Positions 39,201-49,393 are shown, counted from the stretch's first letter. The stretch: 64,000 nucleotides of DNA from an uncultured virus (IMG/VR IMGVR_UViG_3300013014_000028) (IMGVR_UViG_3300013014_000028), one strand, 5' to 3'. The notes: generated by a model from the letters alone, not told the origin. Numbers and translations: made by a program.

Positions 39201-41295
39201 CGCACCCTCACATGAGAAAAATACCGTAAATGCAATGGCTTGTAGACGGGTGGCAATTAATAATGTTACTATAGTACCAAGAATTAAACCAACAGAGCCG
39301 GTAACACCAACAGTTAATACATCAACACAATATACTCAACAAATAACAGAAACGACAGTAACTGAAACTACAGAAGTACAAAGACCTAGATTAGCTGATA
39401 ATATTTCAAAAAGAGTGTTGAGGTTATTATTATCTGAATGTGACTATTTTGAATCAATTAAAGAAGATACACCAATGGTTTATGATAATTTAAAAGATAA
39501 GTTAAAATTCTTTAATCCCGCATTTCATTCAACAACTCCAGAAGGTCTCAATTCAAGGTTAACATTCTTAAATCAATGCTTAAGACCTGGAGAAACAATT
39601 CCAGTAGTTAAGACAATAAACGGAAAGTCAACTCTACAATATAATAATGCGGTTAATACTGCATTTGGTGCGCCTCCTGTTCTTGTTTTAAGAGTGGGGG
39701 ATTTTTATAATACAAAAATTATACCTGATAGTTTAAATATAACTTATGAGAATTTAGATATTAATCCTGAAGGTATTGGCATTCAACCTATGATTGCAAA
39801 TATAACTATGGGCTTTAAATTTGTTGGTGGTAGTGGTATGAAAGATGCTGTTGATAGAATTCAAAACGCATTATCATTTAATTTTTATGCAAATACAGAA
39901 GTATACGATGATAGGGCAGAAGTTACTGATACAGAAAGTTTGACAAAAGAAGATGATTATTTTAATAATTTTTATTCAAATCAACCACCACCTACCGTAA
40001 AACAAGTTCAAAATAATAACGGACAAAATAATGGTTCATTTATCGGAGAAGTGCTAAGTTCAGTACAAGGTGTTAGCGGCATAACAGGAGATATATCTTA
40101 TACTAAGTTTATGTCTCAAGTTGTTGACGAAACTCAAAATTATTTCACAACAATATTCAATAAGAATAAAGAAGTTTTGGTTCAATACAACGAAGGTATT
40201 AGACAAATATGGACACTAAAAAGAAATTATACTGAAGGTATCTTGAGTGGGGATTTGGTACAAAGTCAATACTTATTTGGTAAATCTGCACAATTCCAAC
40301 AGAATATTGATAATATATTTCAATACTATTTGGACTCAATATCAAATGGAGGTGACCCATTCATGTCTTTTATTTCTGCACAAAATAAGAATTTTTCCGA
40401 TAAAGTAGTAAGGGAAATTTCAACAAGTTATTATAATTACGTATCTGAAAAGAGAGACACGTTTGCAAATGCGTTAACAAAAGTAATTCAAGAAGCCACT
40501 CTGTCACAACAATCGTATGTTCAACAATTGGCTAGATTGAATATTATTAATTTTGGACGAAACAATGGTCCCGAAAACCCTACTTCTGGTACTGATGGAT
40601 ATCAAGAAAAAAATGGATATACTCAAGTTTATTATACAACAGGTGAGACACTTCAAAATCTTTATGAAAATAAAGAAAAAATATCGTATTCTTTACATGA
40701 TTATTATTTGAAACTTGGTGAAGAAATTAAATTTACTGCAGGTTCAGGTAAAGAACTTACAAATAAAATGATGTTATCAAACAATAAGGATTTTTCACAA
40801 GAAGAACCATTTACAAGTGTTTCTAAAAATCCGTTATTTAACGATGTTAATTTTTCAAATCAGTATATTATATTAAACCAAGATATTGTGGATGACAAAA
40901 AGTATGAGACGTTTAAAAATAAAATAATCGGAGGGGTTTTAGCTAATCCCGCTTTGTTCGGTAATGGTAACCCTAGATTATCTGAAGAGTTTGACGTTTA
41001 TTGGAAATTGAGTGCGGCTCCAGTATTTAAAGAAGAAAATGGAGTGGCTTTAGATTTCATGAATTACATGGAGAAAACTGAGTTAAAAAACTATTTAAAC
41101 TATACTGTTATTGATAAAACTAAGGAAATAAAACTTTACTATAGTAACAATCCTGACGCCACAGAAGACAATTTAAAAAATAAAAGAATTAGTTACATAA
41201 AATCATTAGGCAACACTGATAACTCAACAACAAACACTAAAACATTCAACGACCAAATTGATTTTGTAAATATCGCAAAAATAAAACTTAATTAA
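36286..41295 (+). CDS. Large baseplate/tail protein with an internal OmpA-like domain
   Basis: WKDSSFIGRPEPIYTY and PPVLVLRVGDF tube-initiator-like segments; GTTS...YNLGLAKRR..SV...CRRV OmpA-like motif. Confidence 0.65.
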   Translation: MGSPLIVNSEVFRKKIIVKNLVPYIKSPSKITPPINYDTILSDYSVTDSPDVLIDESGFAKNLYKNNQYGSEGGYKQVPDPTALLNSKSNEGEYGYQDANIVDDGYAATQLWRPLNAYAASNNLDAADVIATLEILQVNNGRTPNGQQYPSFNNSSYTPVGILLSPDPLGDNGLLSQDSYIARLGAKLLKKEFEARIGREIIRNTVARANIFNVRSGTDVLNLITGRVPLIEPNYTITVPANPIIAATDFALKLAGSTIPVSTIPGSYFDSSINSGQPTTIQQLNNAFRKSTVGKFVTKLLGSPKTGSELFLNNTGGGQKSRLFGNLNYNKYKPGYNRTIFDRLGGAIVGTNTENSNYYIGSTTSEPSRVFSPSGSLPNNSFGEEQQSPVFGPSELAQLYEGPSKEIRLGANGVAYVNGGGIEGGLTWISPGTESNAGKKVTPGGGTISTEKIQVLPSFGSTMSTSIDFKDGSILDQTKRIIDSAGKSGGKKLQHVGNAIDQVSKVFNDGYKEITKGSKVISYYYNGFQNIGNEVGAEYCRVFSKDLPYLQYNDLQKTDGITTQNRKISYSVLDSTYNLNIYPNKKTGTANSTNLVGDPDKDGHVKKYMFSIENLAWRTSSKPGFTYSDLPVCERGPNGGRIMWFPPYGLTFSENNSASWKDSSFIGRPEPIYTYSNTSRTGSLTWKIVVDHPSVLNLIVNKVLNSQTNKEKINSMIDSFFAGCLKYDLYDLAKKYPLANPNDLYIIQTELNSKQVPKEQINWIAKQLTSGKDSSNNETIPEVQNPIINTQDITGPLLGLGFYFYNDEPGKTETTPQPYNYYYTSYVGNKQTYINAAVNEGGTKNKEQVTLFFSDVVESNYSMVNENLLKIYNGIKANEYEKVVINLVGTTSAPATKEYNLGLAKRRDDSVKKYIREFKPATEKSTLSELALTNNIIISITQTEEGETSVTVKNKDKVTSNSYNCTDQDNSTAPSHEKNTVNAMACRRVAINNVTIVPRIKPTEPVTPTVNTSTQYTQQITETTVTETTEVQRPRLADNISKRVLRLLLSECDYFESIKEDTPMVYDNLKDKLKFFNPAFHSTTPEGLNSRLTFLNQCLRPGETIPVVKTINGKSTLQYNNAVNTAFGAPPVLVLRVGDFYNTKIIPDSLNITYENLDINPEGIGIQPMIANITMGFKFVGGSGMKDAVDRIQNALSFNFYANTEVYDDRAEVTDTESLTKEDDYFNNFYSNQPPPTVKQVQNNNGQNNGSFIGEVLSSVQGVSGITGDISYTKFMSQVVDETQNYFTTIFNKNKEVLVQYNEGIRQIWTLKRNYTEGILSGDLVQSQYLFGKSAQFQQNIDNIFQYYLDSISNGGDPFMSFISAQNKNFSDKVVREISTSYYNYVSEKRDTFANALTKVIQEATLSQQSYVQQLARLNIINFGRNNGPENPTSGTDGYQEKNGYTQVYYTTGETLQNLYENKEKISYSLHDYYLKLGEEIKFTAGSGKELTNKMMLSNNKDFSQEEPFTSVSKNPLFNDVNFSNQYIILNQDIVDDKKYETFKNKIIGGVLANPALFGNGNPRLSEEFDVYWKLSAAPVFKEENGVALDFMNYMEKTELKNYLNYTVIDKTKEIKLYYSNNPDATEDNLKNKRISYIKSLGNTDNSTTNTKTFNDQIDFVNIAKIKLN

Positions 41296-41618
41296 TGGCA
41301 TATACATATTGGAATAGATATTCCCAATTTTTAATCAATGGTCAACAAACTGTTGTACCTTTTGTGCAATTGCCAGGAAAAACAACAGATAAAACATATG
41401 TTTATAAAATTGGAACAAGTAGATTAGATAAGGTATCTCAAGAAATTTATAGTACACCTTATTTTGGATGGTTAATATTACAGGCTAATCCCCAATTCGG
41501 AGGACTTGAAAATTATATATATGATGGTGCTATATTGACAATTCCATTTCCTCTTCTACCATCATTACAGGATTATAAAGGAGCAGTAGAAAATCATTTT
41601 TATTATTATGGTAGGTAA
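41295..41618 (+). CDS. Baseplate wedge LysM/gp53-like protein
   Basis: RLDKVSQEIYSTPYFGWLILQANP...GAILTIP. Confidence 0.75.
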   Translation: MAYTYWNRYSQFLINGQQTVVPFVQLPGKTTDKTYVYKIGTSRLDKVSQEIYSTPYFGWLILQANPQFGGLENYIYDGAILTIPFPLLPSLQDYKGAVENHFYYYGR

Positions 41619-44600
41619 CATTCCCGACAATAGCGGTAATATTTTAGTTGAATTTGATTATAACAATATAATTGTTGTAGACCCAAATAAAACTATTGAT
41701 GCTCAAGGTAACATGAAAGAAAGATTGGTAGACCATGAGAATCTTGTCATGTTTGTTAATCTTGAGGCGGAAGTATTACCAAGAACTAAATTGGCTGTTG
41801 GTGGAAGTCCACAAGATACTGCTAGAACTGTTTCTATTTCTAAGATAAATTTTTTGGCGCCAAATAAAGACCAGTATTTTACAACAAGTTATTATGATGA
41901 GTTAACAGGAAAAAATACAACCAAAAATAATGGGATAAATCAAAAAACCGAAACAACTGTAGTTCCGCCCAATAATCAGAAAGCATATGTTAAGGCTGGT
42001 GTTATTAGTAATGGTATTGATGGAGCGGTTGATAATGGTTTATTAGGTATTACAAGTATTAATATAAGAATTAGTACATCATTTATACCGAGTGTTAGTA
42101 TTACATTAGAGGATGTTCAAGGAAGAGCATTATTTTCACTAGGTGATAATTCACCATATGCCGCATTTTTTAATTTGCCATACCCACCATTTTATTTAAC
42201 TTTAAAAGGTTATTATGGACAAGCGGTAAAGTATCAATTAAATCTTGAAAAATTTAATGCCACATTTAATTCATTTAGTGGTAACTACCAAGTTGCGTTA
42301 GAACTTAAAGGTTATAAGTTTAATATATTAAATGAAATACAAGTATCTCATTTGTTAGCGGCACCACACATGTACTCTACTACATTTCAACTTAGTCAGT
42401 CAGAAACTAACGCAAAAAATTTATCCAAATCAATACAAACAAAAGAACCAACACTTGGTGCAACAAATAGTAATGACGTTAGTTTAAGTTCAGTTACAAC
42501 TGAAAAAGGATATGAAAAAATTGCTTCAGTATATAGTGATTATAAATCAAAAGGTTTATTACCGTATGATTTTCCTGAAATAACACTATACCAACTTATG
42601 GATAAAATATCAACCTTTGAGGTTAATATTATGAATCAATATACTAAAGCAGATGTCCAACCTTTAACAGACTGTAGAGCGTATAAGTCACTATTAAAGA
42701 AATATTATGAGGAAGTATATCAATCAAACGATTCTTGGTTTTCAAAATTTATGGACCCACAACCAATAATTTTAACTGATGGTACAAAAAGATTTGTTTT
42801 TAAAGAAGGATTTACCATAACGCAACAAGCGGCGGCAATTCAAGATTTAGAAAATTTAATTATAAAGTTTAACGGAGAATTATCTAATAATAAAACATTA
42901 GGTAAAGCTGGAGATTATCCTATTGAAAACCCAATAACTAAAACTCAAATTGTTCAAGAAAAAGTTAATAAGGCTCAAATTAATGTAATTGCAACATTAC
43001 AAGAGGCTGGAATTTTTGTAACTGTTGGTTCGTCGCCAGAAGTTGCGAGTTTTTTTAAAAAAAAATCTAATTTATTTAAATTTTTCTTAGTAAAAGATTC
43101 TAACACTGGAGAAATTGAATTACAACAGAGCAGTATTTTTAAGTTTCAATTTTTTATAGATTCTATTAGAAAAATGGAAGCAGACGCTAATAAAAAACAA
43201 TCTGAATTAGAAACAAAGATTACTGCCGAATTAGCAAAAAAATTGGAGGACGATAAAATAGGGTTAGGTTTTAAACCTACAATTAGAAATATTTGTGCAA
43301 TTATAATGGCATCTGCGGAAGGGTTTATAAGACTAATGGATGAAACTCATACAAATGCTTGGAATTTAAGGAATGACCCAATCAGAAGAAATGCAATTTT
43401 AAATAATCAATCTTCCGCAACAAGCTCCGATGCAAAACAAAATGTTTCAATAACAAATACAAGCTCATCGTTAAAAAATTCAGAAATACCAATTTATCCG
43501 TGGCCTCAATTTTTTGTTGAAACAACAGAAGATGTTAAAGGTAAATTTCAATTGAAATATATCGCAGACCCTTCGGTTGTTGATTTAACAAAGGGTGATA
43601 TATATGCTAAATGGCCTGAAGTTCAATTTGTTGAAGAATATTTAAAAGGTCTTACTCAAAAGTTTGACACTCCTGTTGAACAACCTACATTAGATAACTC
43701 AACAACAACTAATTTATTAAATATAAATGCCGTTGAATTTCCACAAGGAAATGTTGCATATAGAAATAAAGATGAACTTAAGTTTTTTTATGAAATATAT
43801 GAAAGACAATTTCTAACGGCATTTTATACTGGACTTGGAAGAGTAAAAAGTAATTCAGGTAATAGTCCTATTAATGAATTAATTAATATTGTTACGGATT
43901 ATGAGAGTCAAAACATCTATACGAGTATTGGAGGAAGTAGTCCATATTTGACTTTTAAATTAAAAAACTATAACATTACTGCAAATAATTATTTAAGAAC
44001 TTTATATAGTTTTTCAAATCAAGGAACGGGAAGGTCTTATCAGGATTTTATTAGGGATTTTTTTGTTACTCCATATATAAGAACTTTATTAGACAAATCA
44101 TTTTCAATATTATCAATAGAAGATTTAGGAGCTGAACCACAAAACAAATTGGCTGAGTTAGCACCAAAATTAGAAAGTGTCATAAAAAATGCTTCAGATG
44201 AGACAACTATTATTGATACTTACCCATTCACAAATGATAAATGGTGTGCGGAAAATTTAACAAGTAATAATACTAATCTTGGTAATAAGAGGTATAATGT
44301 CAGTAAAGTTTTAAGAGTATACTCTGCAAGAGATGTTTTTGCAAATTTTGATGATACTTCAACAACAACTGTAAACAGGCCTGTAACTAATTTTTATTAT
44401 TTGAATCCTCCTAATCCATTAAAAACTATAAGTTCGGTTGTAACCTTATCTGATTTTTATAAATCAGAATCAACCAAAACCTTGTTACCTACAGTAGGAT
44501 TTACATATACAGATGTGCCGGCTAAAGATGTTGCAGGGTTTAAACAACTTCCAACAGAAACAACAACATCAATTTTCAATACACCATATTTTATTAACTC

Positions 44601-45825
44601 AATTTTGAAAGGTGTTGATAATTGGAGAAGAGGTAACAATACACCATATAAAACATCTGCTTATCTTTTCTTGAATTCTTTACCACTTATTTCTTTAAAA
44701 GAAAAATTAAAATCTAAAACTAATATTTCAGATATTAATGGAGTGGTTACAAATTCAGGGCTTGATGATTTAAACTATTTCTTTGCAACTTTGAAGAAGT
44801 TCGGGGCAATTCACAAATTACCATATGCTTGGATTTTAAAGATGGGTTCAATATGGCATAGATATAAAACATATAAAGAAACTAATGTTGATATCTTAAC
44901 AGATGTTTGGAACAACTATGACTTTATCAATGGATATGACCCAATAACTAAAAATTTATCAAAACAATACAAGTATACTCAAAACGGAAAAGAAAATGTA
45001 ATACAACTTCAAAATGTATCTTCAGATATTAATAATATCCAAATTGGATTTTATCCAAAAGTTATTAACGATTTTAATGTATTTTATAATGGGTATGATT
45101 TATTTAGTGGATATACTGATAATGAATTACAGTCTGTTGTTAACAGAGGATTAAAAATATATAATTTTCCAAATTCAAACATTAGTAATGTAACTGCAGG
45201 TACAACTACATTTAATGTTAAAACTTGGTCAGTATTAATTCCTGCAAATACAGAAAAATCTGTAAAACCACAAGAAGATTGTAAACCAGACTTAATATCT
45301 TATTTGGAAAGTAGTTTTATTATTCCTTCATTTGGAGGAGGAGTAAACGAATCTGAGGATGCTTTGGTCACAAATGGAGTACTTACTCCAGGATATACAT
45401 TTAATGGTAATCCTGCGGTGTTTAATGGTTCGGTAAGGTTATTTTGGTCGGCATCAAACTATGGTTATTTTGATTCTACTAAAATTGTAAAACCAAGTCC
45501 TTACGATTATATAAATAAGATTGAGACAAATGCGTCTGATATGTCACCATTTAGGTTATTAGGTACAGATAATTATAGTAAAATAGATGAAATATTTTCT
45601 GTGTTTGAAAAAAGAATATTAGATTTGTTTGAAGAAGAATTTCTTAATTTCTCTAAATCAATGTCAAATATTGAAGAAGGAATACCAATTAAAACAACAT
45701 ATGACCAAAACAATGGAACTATTAATGCTATGTTTAAAAACTTTCAATTGCTCTTTAAAGAAATGATGAGAGTTCCTCCAAACTTTGAAAAGAAAATGAT
45801 GAAAGTTATTTTAATAGTTCGGTAG
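41608..45825 (+). CDS. Giant baseplate hub-like protein, N-terminal part (frame-split)
   Basis: LGITSINI...VSITLEDVQG...FFNLPYPPFYLTLKGYYG; coding continues in the -1 frame from 45789. Confidence 0.65.
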   Translation: MVGNIPDNSGNILVEFDYNNIIVVDPNKTIDAQGNMKERLVDHENLVMFVNLEAEVLPRTKLAVGGSPQDTARTVSISKINFLAPNKDQYFTTSYYDELTGKNTTKNNGINQKTETTVVPPNNQKAYVKAGVISNGIDGAVDNGLLGITSINIRISTSFIPSVSITLEDVQGRALFSLGDNSPYAAFFNLPYPPFYLTLKGYYGQAVKYQLNLEKFNATFNSFSGNYQVALELKGYKFNILNEIQVSHLLAAPHMYSTTFQLSQSETNAKNLSKSIQTKEPTLGATNSNDVSLSSVTTEKGYEKIASVYSDYKSKGLLPYDFPEITLYQLMDKISTFEVNIMNQYTKADVQPLTDCRAYKSLLKKYYEEVYQSNDSWFSKFMDPQPIILTDGTKRFVFKEGFTITQQAAAIQDLENLIIKFNGELSNNKTLGKAGDYPIENPITKTQIVQEKVNKAQINVIATLQEAGIFVTVGSSPEVASFFKKKSNLFKFFLVKDSNTGEIELQQSSIFKFQFFIDSIRKMEADANKKQSELETKITAELAKKLEDDKIGLGFKPTIRNICAIIMASAEGFIRLMDETHTNAWNLRNDPIRRNAILNNQSSATSSDAKQNVSITNTSSSLKNSEIPIYPWPQFFVETTEDVKGKFQLKYIADPSVVDLTKGDIYAKWPEVQFVEEYLKGLTQKFDTPVEQPTLDNSTTTNLLNINAVEFPQGNVAYRNKDELKFFYEIYERQFLTAFYTGLGRVKSNSGNSPINELINIVTDYESQNIYTSIGGSSPYLTFKLKNYNITANNYLRTLYSFSNQGTGRSYQDFIRDFFVTPYIRTLLDKSFSILSIEDLGAEPQNKLAELAPKLESVIKNASDETTIIDTYPFTNDKWCAENLTSNNTNLGNKRYNVSKVLRVYSARDVFANFDDTSTTTVNRPVTNFYYLNPPNPLKTISSVVTLSDFYKSESTKTLLPTVGFTYTDVPAKDVAGFKQLPTETTTSIFNTPYFINSILKGVDNWRRGNNTPYKTSAYLFLNSLPLISLKEKLKSKTNISDINGVVTNSGLDDLNYFFATLKKFGAIHKLPYAWILKMGSIWHRYKTYKETNVDILTDVWNNYDFINGYDPITKNLSKQYKYTQNGKENVIQLQNVSSDINNIQIGFYPKVINDFNVFYNGYDLFSGYTDNELQSVVNRGLKIYNFPNSNISNVTAGTTTFNVKTWSVLIPANTEKSVKPQEDCKPDLISYLESSFIIPSFGGGVNESEDALVTNGVLTPGYTFNGNPAVFNGSVRLFWSASNYGYFDSTKIVKPSPYDYINKIETNASDMSPFRLLGTDNYSKIDEIFSVFEKRILDLFEEEFLNFSKSMSNIEEGIPIKTTYDQNNGTINAMFKNFQLLFKEMMRVPPNFEKKMMKVILIVR

Positions 45826-48434
45826 ACGAACAATTTAATTCGGTTTTGAGTCAAATAAAAACATTTATGGATTATGATGTTTTATTTAGATATGGAAATC
45901 CTTCAAATTATAATAAAAGGATTTTTGCTTCATTCCTATCTTACCAAGGAACCAATGTTGTTACAGACCCAATTCCACTTGAGCCTTATGTACCGTTCAC
46001 TTTACCATCAAAATATGGAGGAATTACAGTATCTAGTTCAAAACAAAAGTATCCAAAAGAATGGTTGGAATTAGAATTACAAGTAGGATTCTCTACAATA
46101 CCAGAATTGGACTATAAAGACAATGGTTCGTATATTACGGATTTCTTTGTTGATAATAATATTGAATTTACAATTGAAAATATAACATTGTTAGCACCAA
46201 TAATTAAAATGTATGCAACACAAAAATTATCTAATGGAATAACTCCTGCAGGATTTAGGGTAAGCATTCAGTCTTATTTGACTGATTGTAATGATTTACA
46301 AAATTTATTTATTGATGGAGTAATGAGGAAAATTGTTGCTAAATTGCCTAATCAAAGTCAATTACCTGAAACAGAGAAACGGACTGTTGTTGACGGAGAC
46401 CAATCCAAAGTTTCTATTTACGAAACATTTAAAGCAGTAAATGATAAATGGATTGCTGGAGGCGATTATGAGTCAAAAACATTATTTGAAGACATTTTAT
46501 TTTTAGATAGAGCATCTAGAAATATAGGGGATGTTTTACTTGTTGATATTTTTGAACTTAGAAATGTTTTAAATAAAAATTCACTTAATATGAACATGAG
46601 TGTCTACACTTTCTTGGCTGGAATTTTTATTAATAACAAGTTTACAATAATGAATTTACCGGCATATGTTAATTTTTATAACGTACAAGATGTTGGTAAT
46701 ATTGATTTTTCAAAACCTGAAGGTAGTTTAGAGTTTGCAAATAATTTGTGGGGAACATTTTTAAATGTTGATTATAGAAACTCAACTTCAAAAATGGTTT
46801 GTTTCTTTACAGGAAAACCATCAAGTTATCTTAATTTACCAGATAATAATTTTTATAGATTTAGAGATGATGCATTTGATTTAAGAAGAGCTTCTGATAA
46901 TCCTTTAATAGAAAATCAAAAAGGAAAAACAGATTGGGCGTTATCTAACAGATGTGTCGGATTTAATGTTGATATTGGAGTTAGAAATCAAAATATATTT
47001 TATTCTTTTCAAGTGGGACAAGATAATGGAAAGGCGACGGCAGAATCAATTCAAGCGACCTTAAATATAATTAATAACGTCGGAGGTACAAATACTTCAA
47101 CACAAAGTGTTGGATTATACAATTATTATAATCAAAGAAGTTATCCGTGTACTGTCGTTAGTTTAGGTAATGCTCTTATACAACCAACAATGTATTTTAA
47201 TTTAAGACATGTTCCGATGTTTAATGGACCTTATATGATTCAAGAGGTTACACATACAATATCTCCAGGTAGTTTCCAAACTTCATTTACTGGAATAAGA
47301 CAAGGAATTTTTGATTTACCTCAAATAGACAAATATCTACAAAGTATTAACCGAAATTTATTAACTAAGCTTGAAGCATTTATTAAAAATAAGGAAGAAA
47401 GTACAACTGTTGTTCCAAAACAAACAAATAGTGATAATCGTCAACAACCTGAAAACGCTTGTGTTTCTAAGATATTAGAAATATATAAAGAAGATAAATT
47501 TGAAGTTGTTAAAAATGTTGAAACAAGTGTTACTCAAGAAAAAATGATAGAAACTATTAATAATATTTTATTACAAAGAAATGAAAATACGAATGATGCA
47601 TTAATGCAATATATAATTTATGCAATATGTTACATTACAACATTTAATAGCAGTAAAAATAAATTTGTTGGATATGGGAACAACTATTCAATGAATATTA
47701 ATTTGGAGATAAATTTTTCCCCAACTTATCAAAAATTTTTTAATAAAAAATATTCTTGTATATCAATTGATAATATCCCTAAATATGTTAAAGCAATTCC
47801 AAATTTTGATACAATAGATAAGTTTGTTGAATTTATGTACGATAGAATATCTCCTAATTTGAAAAGAATAACTCAAAATGGATTGCTGCAATATTTTTAT
47901 TGTAATTTTCCTAACAGCGATACAAATAAGTCAGAATGTGCTAATTTTGAAAAAGAAAAAAAAACAAATGATAGCATAAAGCAAGCCTTTAAAAATCTTA
48001 AGGATGGATTAGATAGTTTACAAAAATTAAAATCAAACACGACTTATAATATTAAAGACCTTGATGTTTTGTTATTGTTAAATGGTACGTTAACAGATAG
48101 TAAAAATCCATCAATAACACCAACTCCATTACCAGCACAATCAACAATTACTTGTGAAAAACCAACAATTATTAGTATGAACCCGTTAACCGCCACAACA
48201 TCAGGAGATATGCCTGTAATTGAACTTTCAGGTACATCTTTATTTGGAAAAACTATTGTAACTTTAAATGGTAATCCAACAACAATACTCACAAATACTA
48301 ATAACGTTTTAACTTTTGTACCAAAAATTAAAACATCGGGTAAAATTAAAATTCAAACAGTTGGGGGTAGTGATGAATTTACGGAAGACTTTAAGTTTAT
48401 TAAAAACACCTCAGCAACAACAAAACAGAAATAA
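45789..48434 (+). CDS. Giant baseplate hub-like protein, C-terminal part, with a terminal IPT/TIG domain
   Basis: Frame is open from 45789; SYPCTVVSLGNALIQPTMYFNL...GPYMIQEVTHTISPGSFQTSFTGIR is a gp27/VgrG-hub-like end; PTIISMNP...IELSGTSL is IPT-like. Confidence 0.65.
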   Translation, partial: KENDESYFNSSVDEQFNSVLSQIKTFMDYDVLFRYGNPSNYNKRIFASFLSYQGTNVVTDPIPLEPYVPFTLPSKYGGITVSSSKQKYPKEWLELELQVGFSTIPELDYKDNGSYITDFFVDNNIEFTIENITLLAPIIKMYATQKLSNGITPAGFRVSIQSYLTDCNDLQNLFIDGVMRKIVAKLPNQSQLPETEKRTVVDGDQSKVSIYETFKAVNDKWIAGGDYESKTLFEDILFLDRASRNIGDVLLVDIFELRNVLNKNSLNMNMSVYTFLAGIFINNKFTIMNLPAYVNFYNVQDVGNIDFSKPEGSLEFANNLWGTFLNVDYRNSTSKMVCFFTGKPSSYLNLPDNNFYRFRDDAFDLRRASDNPLIENQKGKTDWALSNRCVGFNVDIGVRNQNIFYSFQVGQDNGKATAESIQATLNIINNVGGTNTSTQSVGLYNYYNQRSYPCTVVSLGNALIQPTMYFNLRHVPMFNGPYMIQEVTHTISPGSFQTSFTGIRQGIFDLPQIDKYLQSINRNLLTKLEAFIKNKEESTTVVPKQTNSDNRQQPENACVSKILEIYKEDKFEVVKNVETSVTQEKMIETINNILLQRNENTNDALMQYIIYAICYITTFNSSKNKFVGYGNNYSMNINLEINFSPTYQKFFNKKYSCISIDNIPKYVKAIPNFDTIDKFVEFMYDRISPNLKRITQNGLLQYFYCNFPNSDTNKSECANFEKEKKTNDSIKQAFKNLKDGLDSLQKLKSNTTYNIKDLDVLLLLNGTLTDSKNPSITPTPLPAQSTITCEKPTIISMNPLTATTSGDMPVIELSGTSLFGKTIVTLNGNPTTILTNTNNVLTFVPKIKTSGKIKIQTVGGSDEFTEDFKFIKNTSATTKQK

Positions 48435-48479
48435 TATTTATTTTATATTAATATCATATATTTATAAGAAACTAATTTT

Positions 48480-48704
48480 ATGAGTTTAGACAATATTTTA
48501 AATAATTATCTTGGTAAAAAAACAAGATATAATGAACAAGACAATGGGGATGGAACCAAAGAGGTGTGTGATTTAGATACTGGAGATTGTTATGTTGTAA
48601 GAGAAAGAGACGGACTTATTGAAAGAGCCGGACATCAAGTAATGACGAATAGAAGAATCAAAGTTGAAACTACTCAAGGAATAAAACAATTATTAAACGG
48701 TTAA
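48480..48704 (+). CDS. Hypothetical protein
   Basis: 74-aa ORF (EVCDLDTGDC) with an upstream TATTTATA at 48459. Confidence 0.7.
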   Translation: MSLDNILNNYLGKKTRYNEQDNGDGTKEVCDLDTGDCYVVRERDGLIERAGHQVMTNRRIKVETTQGIKQLLNG

Positions 48705-48708
48705 AAAA

Positions 48709-49356
48709 ATGGCAATAGATAAAAAAATATTAAACGAAATTAGTAGGTATCATTTTATTAATAACTATATAAATGAGCAAGACGCACTTGCAATTCCTGA
48801 AACACCTTTACCACAGGCACCTGGCGGAAATGCGGCGGCGCCGCCAGCTCCAAATGAGGAGATGCCAGAAACACCACCAACACCAATAGATGTTGAAAGT
48901 GACCCTGATGTTGAAAAAATTGATAATTCTGGAGAATCGGAAGAAAAAAATTCTGAAGGTGGTGAAACAGAAGAACTTGAAATAACTGATTTAGTTAAAT
49001 CACAAGAAAACATTGAAACTAAACAGGAAGAATATTTTAACAACTTATTCTCACAAGTTTCTGGATTGGAAGCTAAATTAGGTGAAATGGATGCAATTTT
49101 AAATAAATTAAATTCCATTGAGGCTAAAATAGAAAAATATAGAGAAAAAAGTCCACAAGAAAAATTGGATTTAAGAAAATATGATTCATATCCTTTTACT
49201 CAAAAACTATCAGATTTTTTTGATGATAAGAAAGATGAAATGGAAAAAACAGGAAAACTTGATTACGTATTAAATAGTGATGATGTTACGGATATTAACG
49301 ATAAACAAATTAAAGATAGTTTCTCACCTTCAGACACATCGGAAACAAATTATTAA
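48709..49356 (+). CDS. Acidic Pro-rich/coiled-coil protein, possibly a head-assembly or internal protein
   Basis: ILNEISR...INEQ leader, low-complexity linker, heptad segment. Confidence 0.6.
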   Translation: MAIDKKILNEISRYHFINNYINEQDALAIPETPLPQAPGGNAAAPPAPNEEMPETPPTPIDVESDPDVEKIDNSGESEEKNSEGGETEELEITDLVKSQENIETKQEEYFNNLFSQVSGLEAKLGEMDAILNKLNSIEAKIEKYREKSPQEKLDLRKYDSYPFTQKLSDFFDDKKDEMEKTGKLDYVLNSDDVTDINDKQIKDSFSPSDTSETNY

Positions 49357-49360
49357 ATAA

Positions 49361-49393
49361 TAAAAAAGACTACTTCGGTGGTCTTTTTTATTT
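49361..49393. terminator. Intrinsic terminator with a C(UUCG)G tetraloop
   Basis: TAAAAAAGACTAC-TTCG-GTGGTCTTTTTTA. Confidence 0.9.
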
